DNA of 64,000 bases, taken from the IMG/VR virus record IMGVR_UViG_3300032312_001225, positions 1,187-65,186 of that record, one strand, 5' to 3'. This document shows, piece after piece, positions 34,145 through 43,601 of this stretch (its first letter is position 1; each line of letters starts with the position of its first letter). This stretch comes from a virus (taxonomy: Duplodnaviria; Caudoviricetes). The notes below the pieces were generated by a model that was given only the letters and a program-made list of their open reading frames with translations, did not search any database and had not been told where the DNA came from. The translations under genes and the position numbers were made by a program.

Positions 34145-35131
34145 ATGAATCAAAAGAAAAAAATCACCTGGTTAATAGCACACGAACCTGTAAATTTGTT
34201 TTTACGTACTGCCGAAGCATTCAAAGAAAAAATTGCTGAATTGACTGATGGCAAATTTGAAGTGGAAATCTATACACCATCTGAAATTGAATCTAAAGTT
34301 ACTAACAAGGATCTAAAAGATTCAAGTTTGTCGTATAAAACAGATCCAATGGTCCTATTAGATTCAGAAGATATTCAGATGAGCCAGTTGCATATTACCG
34401 AACTAGCACGTTGGCACAGCCCAGAATTTTTAGCACTTGAAATGCCATTTATTTTTCAAAGTCACGAACATGCAACTCGTGTATTAGAAGGCCCAATTGG
34501 CCGTAAAATGTTAGATGACCTAAAAGACAAAAGTCCGGCACGAGGAATGGAATTTACCTACTCAGGTGGCTTCCGTTGTATGGCTAGTGAAAACCCAATT
34601 AATAATCTAGCAGGACTTGCAGGACTTGAATTTGCTACTACTTACAATCCTGTAACTATGGATACTTGCGAAGCAATTGGCGCCGTACCAAAAATATTTG
34701 CAATAAAAGATATGTATGTTAATAGAGAATTTTTTAAGCAAGAAGGTAATAATGCTGATGTATTAGAAACAACTATTCCTCGTTACCTTGCCCAATTTAA
34801 AGATTCAAGCAAGAAATATTTAATCAACACCAAACATAATTTATTTCTAACAAGTATTATTATTGGCAATACCTTTTGGGACACACTAAGTGCAGACGAA
34901 CAATCTAAATTTAGCGAGGCATGTGCCTATGCAAGTAGATTAGAACGTAAGTGGTCTGTTGAAGAAGCTGAAGAATTTGCTGCTAAAAAAGATCACAGTG
35001 ACATAGGTGTAGTTTATACAGAACTAAGTGAGGAAGATACTGCTAAGTTCAAACAGGCAACAGCTTCACTGTACGACAAATATCGAGACTTCTTCTACCC
35101 AGGACTCATTGACGGAATTATTAAATCCTAA
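34145..35131 (+). CDS. DctP-like TRAP solute-binding protein, intact, no signal peptide
   Basis: ITWLIAHEP, LALEMPFIFQSHEHA, YSGGFR, HNLFLTSIII..FWDTLS; aligns with 23804-24289 plus the C-halves. Confidence 0.8.
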   Translation: MNQKKKITWLIAHEPVNLFLRTAEAFKEKIAELTDGKFEVEIYTPSEIESKVTNKDLKDSSLSYKTDPMVLLDSEDIQMSQLHITELARWHSPEFLALEMPFIFQSHEHATRVLEGPIGRKMLDDLKDKSPARGMEFTYSGGFRCMASENPINNLAGLAGLEFATTYNPVTMDTCEAIGAVPKIFAIKDMYVNREFFKQEGNNADVLETTIPRYLAQFKDSSKKYLINTKHNLFLTSIIIGNTFWDTLSADEQSKFSEACAYASRLERKWSVEEAEEFAAKKDHSDIGVVYTELSEEDTAKFKQATASLYDKYRDFFYPGLIDGIIKS

Positions 35132-35135
35132 TCTT

Positions 35136-35663
35136 GTGAATTCACCGTTTCAAGAAACAATCAAAACAATAAAATTCAAAACATTTTATCATAATCAGAC
35201 AGTAACATTTGATTATGATAATCTGTTTTATGAACGACGTGTTGTTGTGTTTTCGTTAACACAGTTTCGGACTATCTGCTCGGGGCGATATTTACAAGGT
35301 TATATAGACAATTATAGATGCCTTTTAAAAAAAGGAATAGACGACGTTTATGTAGTTGACTCCACTGACAGATTAATTGGTCCATACATGGACAAAAAAA
35401 CAAACTTAATAAAATCTTTACCTGATAGTGACATGCTATTTGTTAGTGCTCTAGCCAAACATTACAATTATCAAAAAACAGCAACAGATCTAGCTAGATT
35501 TTGGCAGTATATTGTAGTAGTTAACAATGGAGAACCAGAAAAACTCTGGCACAATCCTTTTAAAGAAGGAGCCAAGTTAGCTGCTCTAAAGAACCAAGAA
35601 TACCGATATAGAAAATTATCAGCTGACGTTGTTTTAAACTATCTCGTTGACAATCAAACATAA
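35136..35663 (+). CDS. redoxin / peroxiredoxin-5-like protein (divergent)
   Basis: VVVFSLTQFRTICS (cf. PGAFTPTCS), GIDDVYVV, LPD, WQYIVVVNNG; probable GTG start at 35136. Confidence 0.55.
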   Translation: MNSPFQETIKTIKFKTFYHNQTVTFDYDNLFYERRVVVFSLTQFRTICSGRYLQGYIDNYRCLLKKGIDDVYVVDSTDRLIGPYMDKKTNLIKSLPDSDMLFVSALAKHYNYQKTATDLARFWQYIVVVNNGEPEKLWHNPFKEGAKLAALKNQEYRYRKLSADVVLNYLVDNQT

Positions 35664-35675
35664 AAAAAGTATAAT
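35647..35675 (+). promoter_or_regulatory. sigma70-like promoter
   Basis: TTGACA-17-TATAAT before tRNA-Thr. Confidence 0.8.
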
Positions 35676-35689
35676 ATAGTTTTACAACA

Positions 35690-35763
35690 GCCCCTTTAGT
35701 TAAATGGTATAACAGTTGATTTGTAATCATCAATTAGCAGTTCGATTCTGTTAAGGGGCACCA
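35690..35763 (+). tRNA. tRNA-Thr (UGU)
   Basis: GCCCCTT/AAGGGGC, loop TTTGTAA, A73, CCA. Confidence 0.9.
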
Positions 35764-35776
35764 AACTAGAGATAAT

Positions 35777-35953
35777 ATGACTGAAATTAAAAAATCCAAA
35801 AATCCTTTTATCAACATGGCCAACGCAGCAAAAGCTGTAGCCGCCAATCCACGAGTGCCAGAGACCACAACAGCACAAGTGCAAAAGGCCAAAGCCGCCA
35901 CACAAGTCAGCACAAACAAACCAGCCAAAAAGTCCGCAGGTCGCGGCAGATAA
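35777..35953 (+). CDS. small basic Lys/Ala-rich protein
   Basis: Manual translation MTEIKKSKNPFINMANAAKAVAANPRVPETTTAQVQKAKAATQVSTNKPAKKSAGRGR (58 aa, below the ORF-track cutoff). Confidence 0.55.
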   Translation: MTEIKKSKNPFINMANAAKAVAANPRVPETTTAQVQKAKAATQVSTNKPAKKSAGRGR

Positions 35954-35963
35954 CCAAAAGACA

Positions 35964-35992
35964 TTGACCTTTAATGGTAACTATGTTATACT
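35964..35992 (+). promoter_or_regulatory. sigma70-like promoter
   Basis: TTGACC-17-TATACT. Confidence 0.7.
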
Positions 35993-36024
35993 AGCTACTA
36001 GTCAACCCCTATTGGAGTAGTATA

Positions 36025-36186
36025 ATGTTTGAATCGCTTGAAATTCGCCGTGCGGCAAATGGTTTTATTTTGGTAGTCAATACCGAAGAAGAAGCCAAAG
36101 AGTTTGTTTATGATACTGAACGCAAATTGGTTCGTGTTGTCAAACAGTATCTAGGTGAGCGGGTTAGTGCCGCCGAAACAGAATAA
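36025..36186 (+). CDS. small hypothetical protein
   Basis: Manual translation MFESLEIRRAANGFILVVNTEEEAKEFVYDTERKLVRVVKQYLGERVSAAETE; GGAG RBS and own promoter. Confidence 0.6.
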   Translation: MFESLEIRRAANGFILVVNTEEEAKEFVYDTERKLVRVVKQYLGERVSAAETE

Positions 36187-37131
36187 TCACCAAACAAAGT
36201 TTCGAGCGTAGTGATCCACTATTGCTTGTAGTTCAGTATCAAAATTAGCCCGGGGCATCCAACCCAGGGCTTTTATTTTTGTGTCATCAATTGCGTAACG
36301 CACATCTTGACCTTGGCGCTTGATACCTGTGTCAAGATGCTCATCATACAATCCCTTACATCCACCCAAGTAGTACATGTCAATGATCTTTTTAGCAACC
36401 ACAATGTTTTGTTCTTCGTAGTTGCCCGAAATATTAAAGATATCGTTTTGCACACCGGCTTCAATTAGAGTAATAATGGCTTCGGCAGTATCACTTGCGT
36501 GTAGCCAAGTACGCTTGGGTAAACCAGCATCGTGCAAGGGAATTGGACGACCCAAGCTCAGTGCCTTGATACTGGTAGGAATAAATTTCTCAATGTATTG
36601 TCCAATACCATAGTTGTTGGTTGGACGCACAATCACATAAGGTACGTTGAATGTACGGGCCCAAGCCAGTATCAATTGATCTGCGGCTGCCTTGGTGGCG
36701 CTATAGGGATTACTTGGCTTGAGTAGGTCAGTTTCTCGGTGGAAACCGTCAACTAGATCGCCGTAAACTTCGTCTGTGCTAAAGTGTAGCAGAGTTGGCT
36801 TGTGTTTGGCTTCTTTGATTAGTTCTAGCAAATGGTGCACACCATTAATGTTGCTCTTTAGGAAAACATCACTAGAAAGGATGGAGTTGTCTACGTGTGT
36901 TTCGGCGGCTGTGTTAATAATGTAATCACAGTTGTACAATCGTTCGATGTCGTTGATATCTGACTCTTCAAACGTAAAATTTTCATAATCAAAAAATTCA
37001 TCTATGTTGGCAGTGGCCGCATAGGTAACGCTGTCTACTCCGCGAACATACCATCCTTTATTTAAACAAGCACGAGTCACGTGACTGCCTATCAATCCCA
37101 AACATCCGGTTACATATACTACACGTTTCAT
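36187..37131 (-). CDS. NDP-sugar 4,6-dehydratase (RmlB-like)
   Basis: TGCLGLIGSH, AAETHVDNS, STDEVYGD, NPYSATK, NNYG..Q..EKFIP. Confidence 0.88.
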   Translation of the reverse strand: MKRVVYVTGCLGLIGSHVTRACLNKGWYVRGVDSVTYAATANIDEFFDYENFTFEESDINDIERLYNCDYIINTAAETHVDNSILSSDVFLKSNINGVHHLLELIKEAKHKPTLLHFSTDEVYGDLVDGFHRETDLLKPSNPYSATKAAADQLILAWARTFNVPYVIVRPTNNYGIGQYIEKFIPTSIKALSLGRPIPLHDAGLPKRTWLHASDTAEAIITLIEAGVQNDIFNISGNYEEQNIVVAKKIIDMYYLGGCKGLYDEHLDTGIKRQGQDVRYAIDDTKIKALGWMPRANFDTELQAIVDHYARNFVW

Positions 37132-37709
37132 AAGGCCTCTTTAATAAAAACAGCAGTAGCTACATCTGCTATGGATTCAGTTTTTTCAATTCTATCTGTG
37201 TATTCAATTGTAAATTCATTGAGTGCCTGCCTGACACCATCGACTTGGATGTCATCAAACACAACCAATCCTTCTTTACGATCAATCACAGTCATGGCCA
37301 ACTGATAATCATTAACCACAAACTCGTAGTGATGATTTCCGTCAATCAGCACAACACCAATGTTTAATTTGGCAATCTTTACTGGTGTTAATTGTTTAAA
37401 ATATTCGTGACTGGTCATGATGTTAAGATTAACATTTTTACATTCTTTTACAAATGCCATGGTCGAATTTCTTTGTGCATCCATACCAGCACCAGTATTA
37501 CACCCCGATGACAGGGTAGTGTATCCATCCTCAATAAAAGGATCAACTGCTTCGCATAATTTTTTAGGATATGTGGTTGCCACGTTATGTAGGCCCACTC
37601 CGTTAAACACACCAATTTCTAAATAGTTACCCTTGCTTTTTTCAAGATATGCAATGATAGGAGAGTACACATGACTGCTCAATATATCTGTAAGTTTTAG
37701 CTCTGTCAT
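37128..37709 (-). CDS. class I SAM methyltransferase (Methyltransf_24-like)
   Basis: YLEIGVFNG, LIDGNHHYE..VNDY, GLVVFDD. Confidence 0.75.
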   Translation of the reverse strand: MTELKLTDILSSHVYSPIIAYLEKSKGNYLEIGVFNGVGLHNVATTYPKKLCEAVDPFIEDGYTTLSSGCNTGAGMDAQRNSTMAFVKECKNVNLNIMTSHEYFKQLTPVKIAKLNIGVVLIDGNHHYEFVVNDYQLAMTVIDRKEGLVVFDDIQVDGVRQALNEFTIEYTDRIEKTESIADVATAVFIKEAL

Positions 37710-38188
37710 ATTTTTCTTGTTAAATTTAAATAACCTGGCTTGGTGCTGTTGATCCATTGATCAAAATTCATATCAAGTTCTTCCAAATTGCCTGGCTTGT
37801 ACATTTCAATGTTTGGCAATGCCTGTAATACTTTTTCATCATCGTGTGCCCAATGGCTAATTCCATCATGACTGTAATCTTTGTTGCGACCTGATCCCAA
37901 CAGTTTGACATTGACGCCTTCGTAGTCAACATAATTACGCAGGAATTCAAATGGACGATACAATAAGAAACTACTCATTGAATAGCACACAGGTATCAAT
38001 CCATTCTCGGCCATGCCCACAGCCGCACCAATCATCAGCTGTTCGGCAGCACCCACGTTATAAAAACGATCCGGGTATGCATTACGGATATGATCCAATA
38101 TGCCGAATCCCAAGTCCGCAGTGACCACACGAATACGATCGTTCACACTCATTTCTTCCAGGAGTAACTGAGCACATTCTTTTCTCAT
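37706..38188 (-). CDS. transketolase-like protein, pyrimidine-binding subunit
   Basis: TADLG, RFYNVGAAEQLMIGAAVGMA, FEFLR, GISH. Confidence 0.85.
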   Translation of the reverse strand: MRKECAQLLLEEMSVNDRIRVVTADLGFGILDHIRNAYPDRFYNVGAAEQLMIGAAVGMAENGLIPVCYSMSSFLLYRPFEFLRNYVDYEGVNVKLLGSGRNKDYSHDGISHWAHDDEKVLQALPNIEMYKPGNLEELDMNFDQWINSTKPGYLNLTRKI

Positions 38189-38805
38189 CCGATGATCTCC
38201 TGATAATTTTCTTCATTTAATACATAGTAGTGTGTCAGCAAATCTTGGGCAAATGACCATTTCAGTGGATCACTTTGTTTGATGCGGATGCGTGGTAAAA
38301 AACATTGTAAGCGTTGAATTAGATACGCAGAGTCAATGCTATCGTATGCACCCAGTCCATTGACATTCACATACACTTCTAAATTATCAACTGGATGCTC
38401 GTTAATAAAACGTAAACTTTCCCAAATACTACCTTCGGCACACTCGCCGTCTGAAATCATACAGCAGACTTTCTTGTGTGGAGTAGCCAGTGCGTGTCCT
38501 ACAGCAATAGGCAATCCTGACCCCAAACTGCCTGTACTACAGTACAAATGATTTTCTAAATCTTTACCTGGGTGTATGCCGTGCTTGTGTAACAAGGCAA
38601 CAGGATCTACTCCGTAATATTTTTCTAACACAACATACAGGGCCAATCCAGCATGACCGTTGCTTAAAATGAATACTTCATCATCTTGTCGTTCAGCATA
38701 AATTTCTTCAATGATAGGCAAAGCACTCAAGGTTGAACTGAGATGACTCAGTCTTTCCTGATATGTAATGTCAACTACTCTGCGTTGTAACGGTGTCATT
38801 TCCAT
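38185..38805 (-). CDS. transketolase-like protein, ThDP-binding N-terminal subunit
   Basis: HLSSTLS, LSNGHAG, STGSLGSG, SDGECAEGSIWE...N (GDG..N motif variant). Confidence 0.85.
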   Translation of the reverse strand: MEMTPLQRRVVDITYQERLSHLSSTLSALPIIEEIYAERQDDEVFILSNGHAGLALYVVLEKYYGVDPVALLHKHGIHPGKDLENHLYCSTGSLGSGLPIAVGHALATPHKKVCCMISDGECAEGSIWESLRFINEHPVDNLEVYVNVNGLGAYDSIDSAYLIQRLQCFLPRIRIKQSDPLKWSFAQDLLTHYYVLNEENYQEIIG

Positions 38806-39506
38806 GCAAATATTTGATCGTGAATAATTGGTTCCGCTGAATATCCAGCGTTGCGTAAAACAGCAAGTAGTTGCTGTCTGTTATCTTCCAAGTTTCCAGG
38901 CCATGGTGCACCAGTGTTGCCATTGGTTTGATGCACTTCAATGAACCAACTACCAATCTTGTTCTTGACCGGATCAATTGTGGCTTTGGTAATGGCCAAC
39001 ATTTCTGAGCCTTCAATATCGCATTTGACAAAGTCCACCCAGTCAAGAGCCTGCTCTCGTAGCACAGTTTCAATGGTTCGAGCTTGTACTCGAACTTCTG
39101 TACCCGCTTGGTTGACCACGGAATTGATTGTGGGGTTTTCGTTGATGTAAAATGTAATTTCTCCGTCGCTGTCACTGAGAGCAACAGGTGCTATTTTAAT
39201 ACAGTCAATGCCGGCTGTGAGTTTTTCTAAAATGCCAAGTGTAACAGGAGTTGGTTCTAAGCAAATGATCTGTTTGGCGCTGTCCTGTGCATACAAACTA
39301 AACAGTCCTATATTTGCCCCAACATCAAGCATGATCAAATTTTCTTTGTTGGCCAGTACAGGATCGTACAATCGGTCAGTGTTGAGCTGATCCAGAATAC
39401 AGTCGGTCATGGTCACATCAGGGCGAGCAAACCAATCGACAATTTCTGCATCGTCAGTTTCAATATTGTGAATTCTATCTTTTGTTGTTTTAATTTGTTT
39501 TAACAT
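38796..39506 (-). CDS. FkbM-family methyltransferase
   Basis: LDVGANIGLFS, CLEP, VKCDIEGSE. Confidence 0.88.
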   Translation of the reverse strand: MLKQIKTTKDRIHNIETDDAEIVDWFARPDVTMTDCILDQLNTDRLYDPVLANKENLIMLDVGANIGLFSLYAQDSAKQIICLEPTPVTLGILEKLTAGIDCIKIAPVALSDSDGEITFYINENPTINSVVNQAGTEVRVQARTIETVLREQALDWVDFVKCDIEGSEMLAITKATIDPVKNKIGSWFIEVHQTNGNTGAPWPGNLEDNRQQLLAVLRNAGYSAEPIIHDQIFAWK

Positions 39507-40326
39507 TTTGCATTTTCTTTATAAAATCTTGTATGCCTGCGTCCAAGTCATATTGTAGTTGGACTCCACATCGCAGGCGTAATTTGGTGTTGTCACATAC
39601 CCATACTGTACTTTCGTAAGCCTTACTGAGTTGATCACGTTTTTCTACTGGTGCTGTACGTCCAGTAACTCGTTCCCAGGCTTCCAGCACTTCAAAATTG
39701 CTGTACTGTTTTCCAGAACCAAAGTTTATAATTTCACCTGGTGTCCATTGATAATCCTTGACTTGATCTATGGCACGTACAAAATCTTCAATATAGATAA
39801 AATCGTGATAGCCCTGATACAGAGTCATTGGCTCGTCGTTGAAAAATGCACGATATAGGGTAGGAAATAGTCTGTGTGGCCGCTCATGCACACCATAACC
39901 CGAGTATATGCGGGCCACCATGGTCTGCAATCCGTACTGACGAGCATAGGCCTGACACAACAGGGTGGCTGCACCTTTGGTAGCTTGGTACACGTCCACT
40001 GGATTGATTGGATCTGTTTCTGATGTAGCACGATTCATTGGGCCATATTCGGCGCTGCTACCTATTTGTATAACTCGGCATTTAGGGCAGTATTCTCTAA
40101 CACTTTCAAGTATTTCGTTGACCATGCCAACATTGGCATTGTACATGACGTCGGCCTTGTATATTTCGCCAGCACAATGAATGATTAGGTCGGGTTTGTG
40201 TATGTAAATGGCTCCACTGAGTCTAACGCTGTCTCTAGTGTGTTTGATCACTTCGTGCTCGGCACTGAAATAGTCAGCTAGACTGCGTCCTAAAAATCCT
40301 GTGGTTCCAGTAATTAAAATTTTCAT
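39490..40326 (-). CDS. NAD-dependent epimerase/dehydratase
   Basis: ITGTTGFLG, GSSAEYG, YQATK. Confidence 0.88.
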   Translation of the reverse strand: MKILITGTTGFLGRSLADYFSAEHEVIKHTRDSVRLSGAIYIHKPDLIIHCAGEIYKADVMYNANVGMVNEILESVREYCPKCRVIQIGSSAEYGPMNRATSETDPINPVDVYQATKGAATLLCQAYARQYGLQTMVARIYSGYGVHERPHRLFPTLYRAFFNDEPMTLYQGYHDFIYIEDFVRAIDQVKDYQWTPGEIINFGSGKQYSNFEVLEAWERVTGRTAPVEKRDQLSKAYESTVWVCDNTKLRLRCGVQLQYDLDAGIQDFIKKMQNVKTN

Positions 40327-41141
40327 TATTGTATTTCTTGTAAAAACGCTTCTAATTTTGTACGGTGTATCAATAACAAATCTTCACTGGGTTGAGCAGG
40401 ATCGGCCGGCTCAAATGTTTTTGGGTACAGGGCAACATAGTCCATGCTGGCAATGATATCAAACATACGCTGGACTTCTTCTGTGCCAAATCCACTGAAC
40501 CATTCTACAAATAGTTTTGGACGTAAGCTGTCAATGAAATCACGACTACTGTCTAATATTACAAAATCATGACCCTCGGTGTCAACCTTGATGAGATCAA
40601 TGCGGGCAATTTCTTCCGCATTCAAATATCGTCGGCACAGAGTTTCCAACCGGATACCTGGCACATCAATAGAACCTGATCCAGCGCCAATGCCCCAGTT
40701 ATGATTTACTAGTCCACCATTGCACATGCCGTTGTTATGATCACTAAATGTCACAGTGACATCATCTTCTGTGGTCACAGCTTCACTGGCAACTACAAAC
40801 TTGCCCAAGTGGCGATTCATGTTGCAGGCAAACTCCAACCAAGGATATATGGTAGGATTACATTCAACGGTGAGTACACAGTAACCACTCATGGCCATCA
40901 TGGGCACAGCAGTATCTCCACTGTGTGCGCCAATGTCTACTATGGTAGTGCCAGATTTGAGTATTTTACTCCAGTTGTAGTCATTTAGGTAGATATCTAG
41001 GGTTTGACTAAAATCTCTATGCCCTTCGTAGGGATGATCCATTTCAAACCAGTAGCCGATCACACCTGGACGACCATACTGGGTGTAATCGTTGCTGTAG
41101 GCCTGCCTGATAGGCGGCAGTTTAAAAATATGTTCAGTCAT
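40326..41141 (-). CDS. FkbM-family methyltransferase
   Basis: VDIGAHSGD, VECNP, IKVDTEGHD. Confidence 0.85.
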   Translation of the reverse strand: MTEHIFKLPPIRQAYSNDYTQYGRPGVIGYWFEMDHPYEGHRDFSQTLDIYLNDYNWSKILKSGTTIVDIGAHSGDTAVPMMAMSGYCVLTVECNPTIYPWLEFACNMNRHLGKFVVASEAVTTEDDVTVTFSDHNNGMCNGGLVNHNWGIGAGSGSIDVPGIRLETLCRRYLNAEEIARIDLIKVDTEGHDFVILDSSRDFIDSLRPKLFVEWFSGFGTEEVQRMFDIIASMDYVALYPKTFEPADPAQPSEDLLLIHRTKLEAFLQEIQ

Positions 41142-41779
41142 CTAACAATTTGTTTGGTCAGTTCTGTGGCACGGGCAATGCGAGCTGGCTTATATGTTCC
41201 AGGCCAGTGTACAATCCAGTCGCCTGGTTCCCATGCACCTGAGTTGCCCATGATGTCACGACTGGCATCACAGTAGTCATAAATTTGTGGCTCATAACTG
41301 TTCATGTAACGCTGTGGCACAATTTTAACAATAGCAGATAGGTCTGGTAGTGTATCAATGATAACTTGTTGTTCAGCCCACTCTACATTCTGGTAGCTTT
41401 CTTCCAAATCAATGATCATTTGTAAGTACGCACGACCTTCTTCACTGTTACGAGCTAGAAAGTTACCTGAGTTGATGTTTAATCTGTCCACAGGCACAAT
41501 AAAATGATAATCATTATCAATCTTATCTTCTATTCGGATAGTTAAATTGGTAACCATGGCATCGCATTCGCTGAACAACAACCATTCAATGTCTGGGCGT
41601 TGTTTAAAAATGTCTAATACATAGTGGATTTTATTGAAGCCCATGATAGGACTGTACCGAGTTTCTTTGAGTACATGGAATTCGTACCCGTGTAAGTCAC
41701 AGTATTCCTGTTTGGGTGCATCAGTTAAATCGGCTAAATCTTGATAGTCTAGTGTGTTGATACTTGCGACAGCGTACAT
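41138..41779 (-). CDS. glycosyltransferase, GT34 (galactosyl/xylosyltransferase)-like
   Basis: WLLFSECDAMVTN, INSGNFLARN, EQQVI, DWIVHWPG. Confidence 0.7.
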   Translation of the reverse strand: MYAVASINTLDYQDLADLTDAPKQEYCDLHGYEFHVLKETRYSPIMGFNKIHYVLDIFKQRPDIEWLLFSECDAMVTNLTIRIEDKIDNDYHFIVPVDRLNINSGNFLARNSEEGRAYLQMIIDLEESYQNVEWAEQQVIIDTLPDLSAIVKIVPQRYMNSYEPQIYDYCDASRDIMGNSGAWEPGDWIVHWPGTYKPARIARATELTKQIVR

Positions 41780-41806
41780 ATGATCCTTGAAAATTTGACA
41801 GTAAGG

Positions 41807-41825
41807 TATTTATTATGCTTAAATA
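41807..41825. promoter_or_regulatory. divergent late-type promoter pair
   Basis: ATAAATA on the minus strand (41807-41813) and TTAAATA on the plus strand (41819-41825) between divergent glycosyltransferase genes. Confidence 0.5.
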
Positions 41826-41830
41826 CAGCT

Positions 41831-42700
41831 ATGAAAATATATGATTGCTTTACATTTTACAATGAGCTTGACCTACTGGAACTGCGTTTAAGTGAATTAT
41901 ACGACAAAGTAGACCACTTTGTCATTGTTGAATCTAACCAAACCTTTACAAATCGCAATAAACCATTCAACTTGTACGATCATACCGACCGCTTCAAGCC
42001 ATATTTGGACAAAGTGATCTATGTACAAGTGACTGATATGCCAGCCAGTGCCAATCCTTGGGACAACGAACATCATCAGCGTAATGCCATTGTTCGCGGA
42101 CTAACCAAATCCGACGACAATGATATTGTCATTATTTCGGATGTTGATGAAATACCAAGAACACAGGCCGTTGATTACATGCGCCACAGCGATCAAACCA
42201 TATTTGCCATGCGTATGCCCATATTTAATTTTAAATTCAATTACATGAAGCTGAGTCCCGACAGATACAATATTTGGGGCATGGCTGCCAGATGCCGTGT
42301 GCTCAAAGACATCACAGCCAACAGCCTAAGAGACATGCGTTTTAGTTTTTTTGGCAGTGAGTATCAGTTTAGCAACAACGGATGTGAAGTGGTAGAACAC
42401 GCAGGATGGCATTTTGGTTACATGGGTGATCGAGACTATTTGATAGACAAAGCTCAAAGTTTCAGCCATCAGGAAGTAAACACACCAGAATTTTTGGCAC
42501 AAATTGATCCTGACGCCAGCATCGCCAAACGCACCAGTTGGAAACAAGACAGCGACGACAGTTACGAAATTGTGGAGTTGGACAACTACTTTCCAAAATA
42601 CCTGTGCGACAATCAGAATAAATATCAACAGTACATTTTGAATAATCCAGTTGCACAGGCCCGAGCCTTACTACCAGAGTTTCCATACACAATTAGATGA
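41831..42700 (+). CDS. glycosyltransferase, GT17 (beta-1,4-GlcNAc transferase)-like
   Basis: YDCFTFYNELDLLELRL, FVIVESNQTF, EHHQRN, SDVDEIP, GWHF. Confidence 0.8.
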   Translation: MKIYDCFTFYNELDLLELRLSELYDKVDHFVIVESNQTFTNRNKPFNLYDHTDRFKPYLDKVIYVQVTDMPASANPWDNEHHQRNAIVRGLTKSDDNDIVIISDVDEIPRTQAVDYMRHSDQTIFAMRMPIFNFKFNYMKLSPDRYNIWGMAARCRVLKDITANSLRDMRFSFFGSEYQFSNNGCEVVEHAGWHFGYMGDRDYLIDKAQSFSHQEVNTPEFLAQIDPDASIAKRTSWKQDSDDSYEIVELDNYFPKYLCDNQNKYQQYILNNPVAQARALLPEFPYTIR

Positions 42701-43554
42701 ACGCACAAACCTTAGAAATTACCACAATGATTGGTTGCCCATTGATGTGCAACTACTGTCCGCAGGACAGCCTACGAGATGCCTACGGCGATGATGTCAA
42801 GTACATGAGCTTGGCAGACTTCAAAACCATAGTGGACAAACTTCCACTGACGGTACGATTGGATTTTTCAGGACAGGCAGAACCTTGGGTCAATCCCGAT
42901 TGCACTGACATGTTTGAGTATGCCATGCAACGAGGATTCCGCACAGCAATCTTTACCACATTGTATAATTGGGACGAAGCAACTGTGCACCGCATGGGTG
43001 AATTGTTGTTTAATTATGCCAAACAAATTGACATTGTCAAAATACATTTCCCCGACGACCAAGGCAACATGAAAGGTTGGAAACCCAGTGAAGAATGGAA
43101 CTATGCATTTGCTGGTGTAACTGCTGTGGTACAAGTCGCTGGTATACATTACGAAGCAATGACCATGAGCGATCACGGAGTACATCCTGCAATTCAAAAT
43201 CTTCCCGGAGTTGGTGTCAGCCATTCATGGTCAATTGCTGCACACGATCGTGCTGGCACATTGGATACAGATTCGGTCAAAGAGCAACCAATTGCATTTA
43301 GTCCCAAACACAATTACCCCGTCAAGTGTAGCAAAACTGATTTGTATAATCAGGGAGTGTTGCTACCAAACGGCGAAGTATTATTGTGCTGTATGGACTA
43401 CGATAAAAAACACGTTATGGGCAATTTGCTCGAACATGAGTATGCGGATTTACAAACCAATCCAGCCATGACACGGTTATTGGAATTAAATGCTTTACCC
43501 TATTACACAGATGAAAGCCTGTGTAAAAGTTGCACAGATGCTTGTCGAGCTTGA
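42697..43554 (+). CDS. radical SAM / SPASM-Twitch protein
   Basis: CPLMCNYC; C-terminal C...LPNGEVLLCCMD..GNL...CKSC. Confidence 0.85.
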   Translation: MNAQTLEITTMIGCPLMCNYCPQDSLRDAYGDDVKYMSLADFKTIVDKLPLTVRLDFSGQAEPWVNPDCTDMFEYAMQRGFRTAIFTTLYNWDEATVHRMGELLFNYAKQIDIVKIHFPDDQGNMKGWKPSEEWNYAFAGVTAVVQVAGIHYEAMTMSDHGVHPAIQNLPGVGVSHSWSIAAHDRAGTLDTDSVKEQPIAFSPKHNYPVKCSKTDLYNQGVLLPNGEVLLCCMDYDKKHVMGNLLEHEYADLQTNPAMTRLLELNALPYYTDESLCKSCTDACRA

Positions 43555-43579
43555 CTTTGCATTTCAACTAGTATATAAT
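43551..43579 (+). promoter_or_regulatory. sigma70-like promoter
   Basis: TTGACT-17-TATAAT. Confidence 0.7.
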
Positions 43580-43601
43580 ATAAAATTCAATTAGGAACAA
43601 C

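Noticed and set aside
33850-34146. 98-aa minus-strand ORF
   Set aside because: Antisense to the structured RNA, with no RBS or recognisable motif; the plus-strand promoter and terminal pairing explain the region better.
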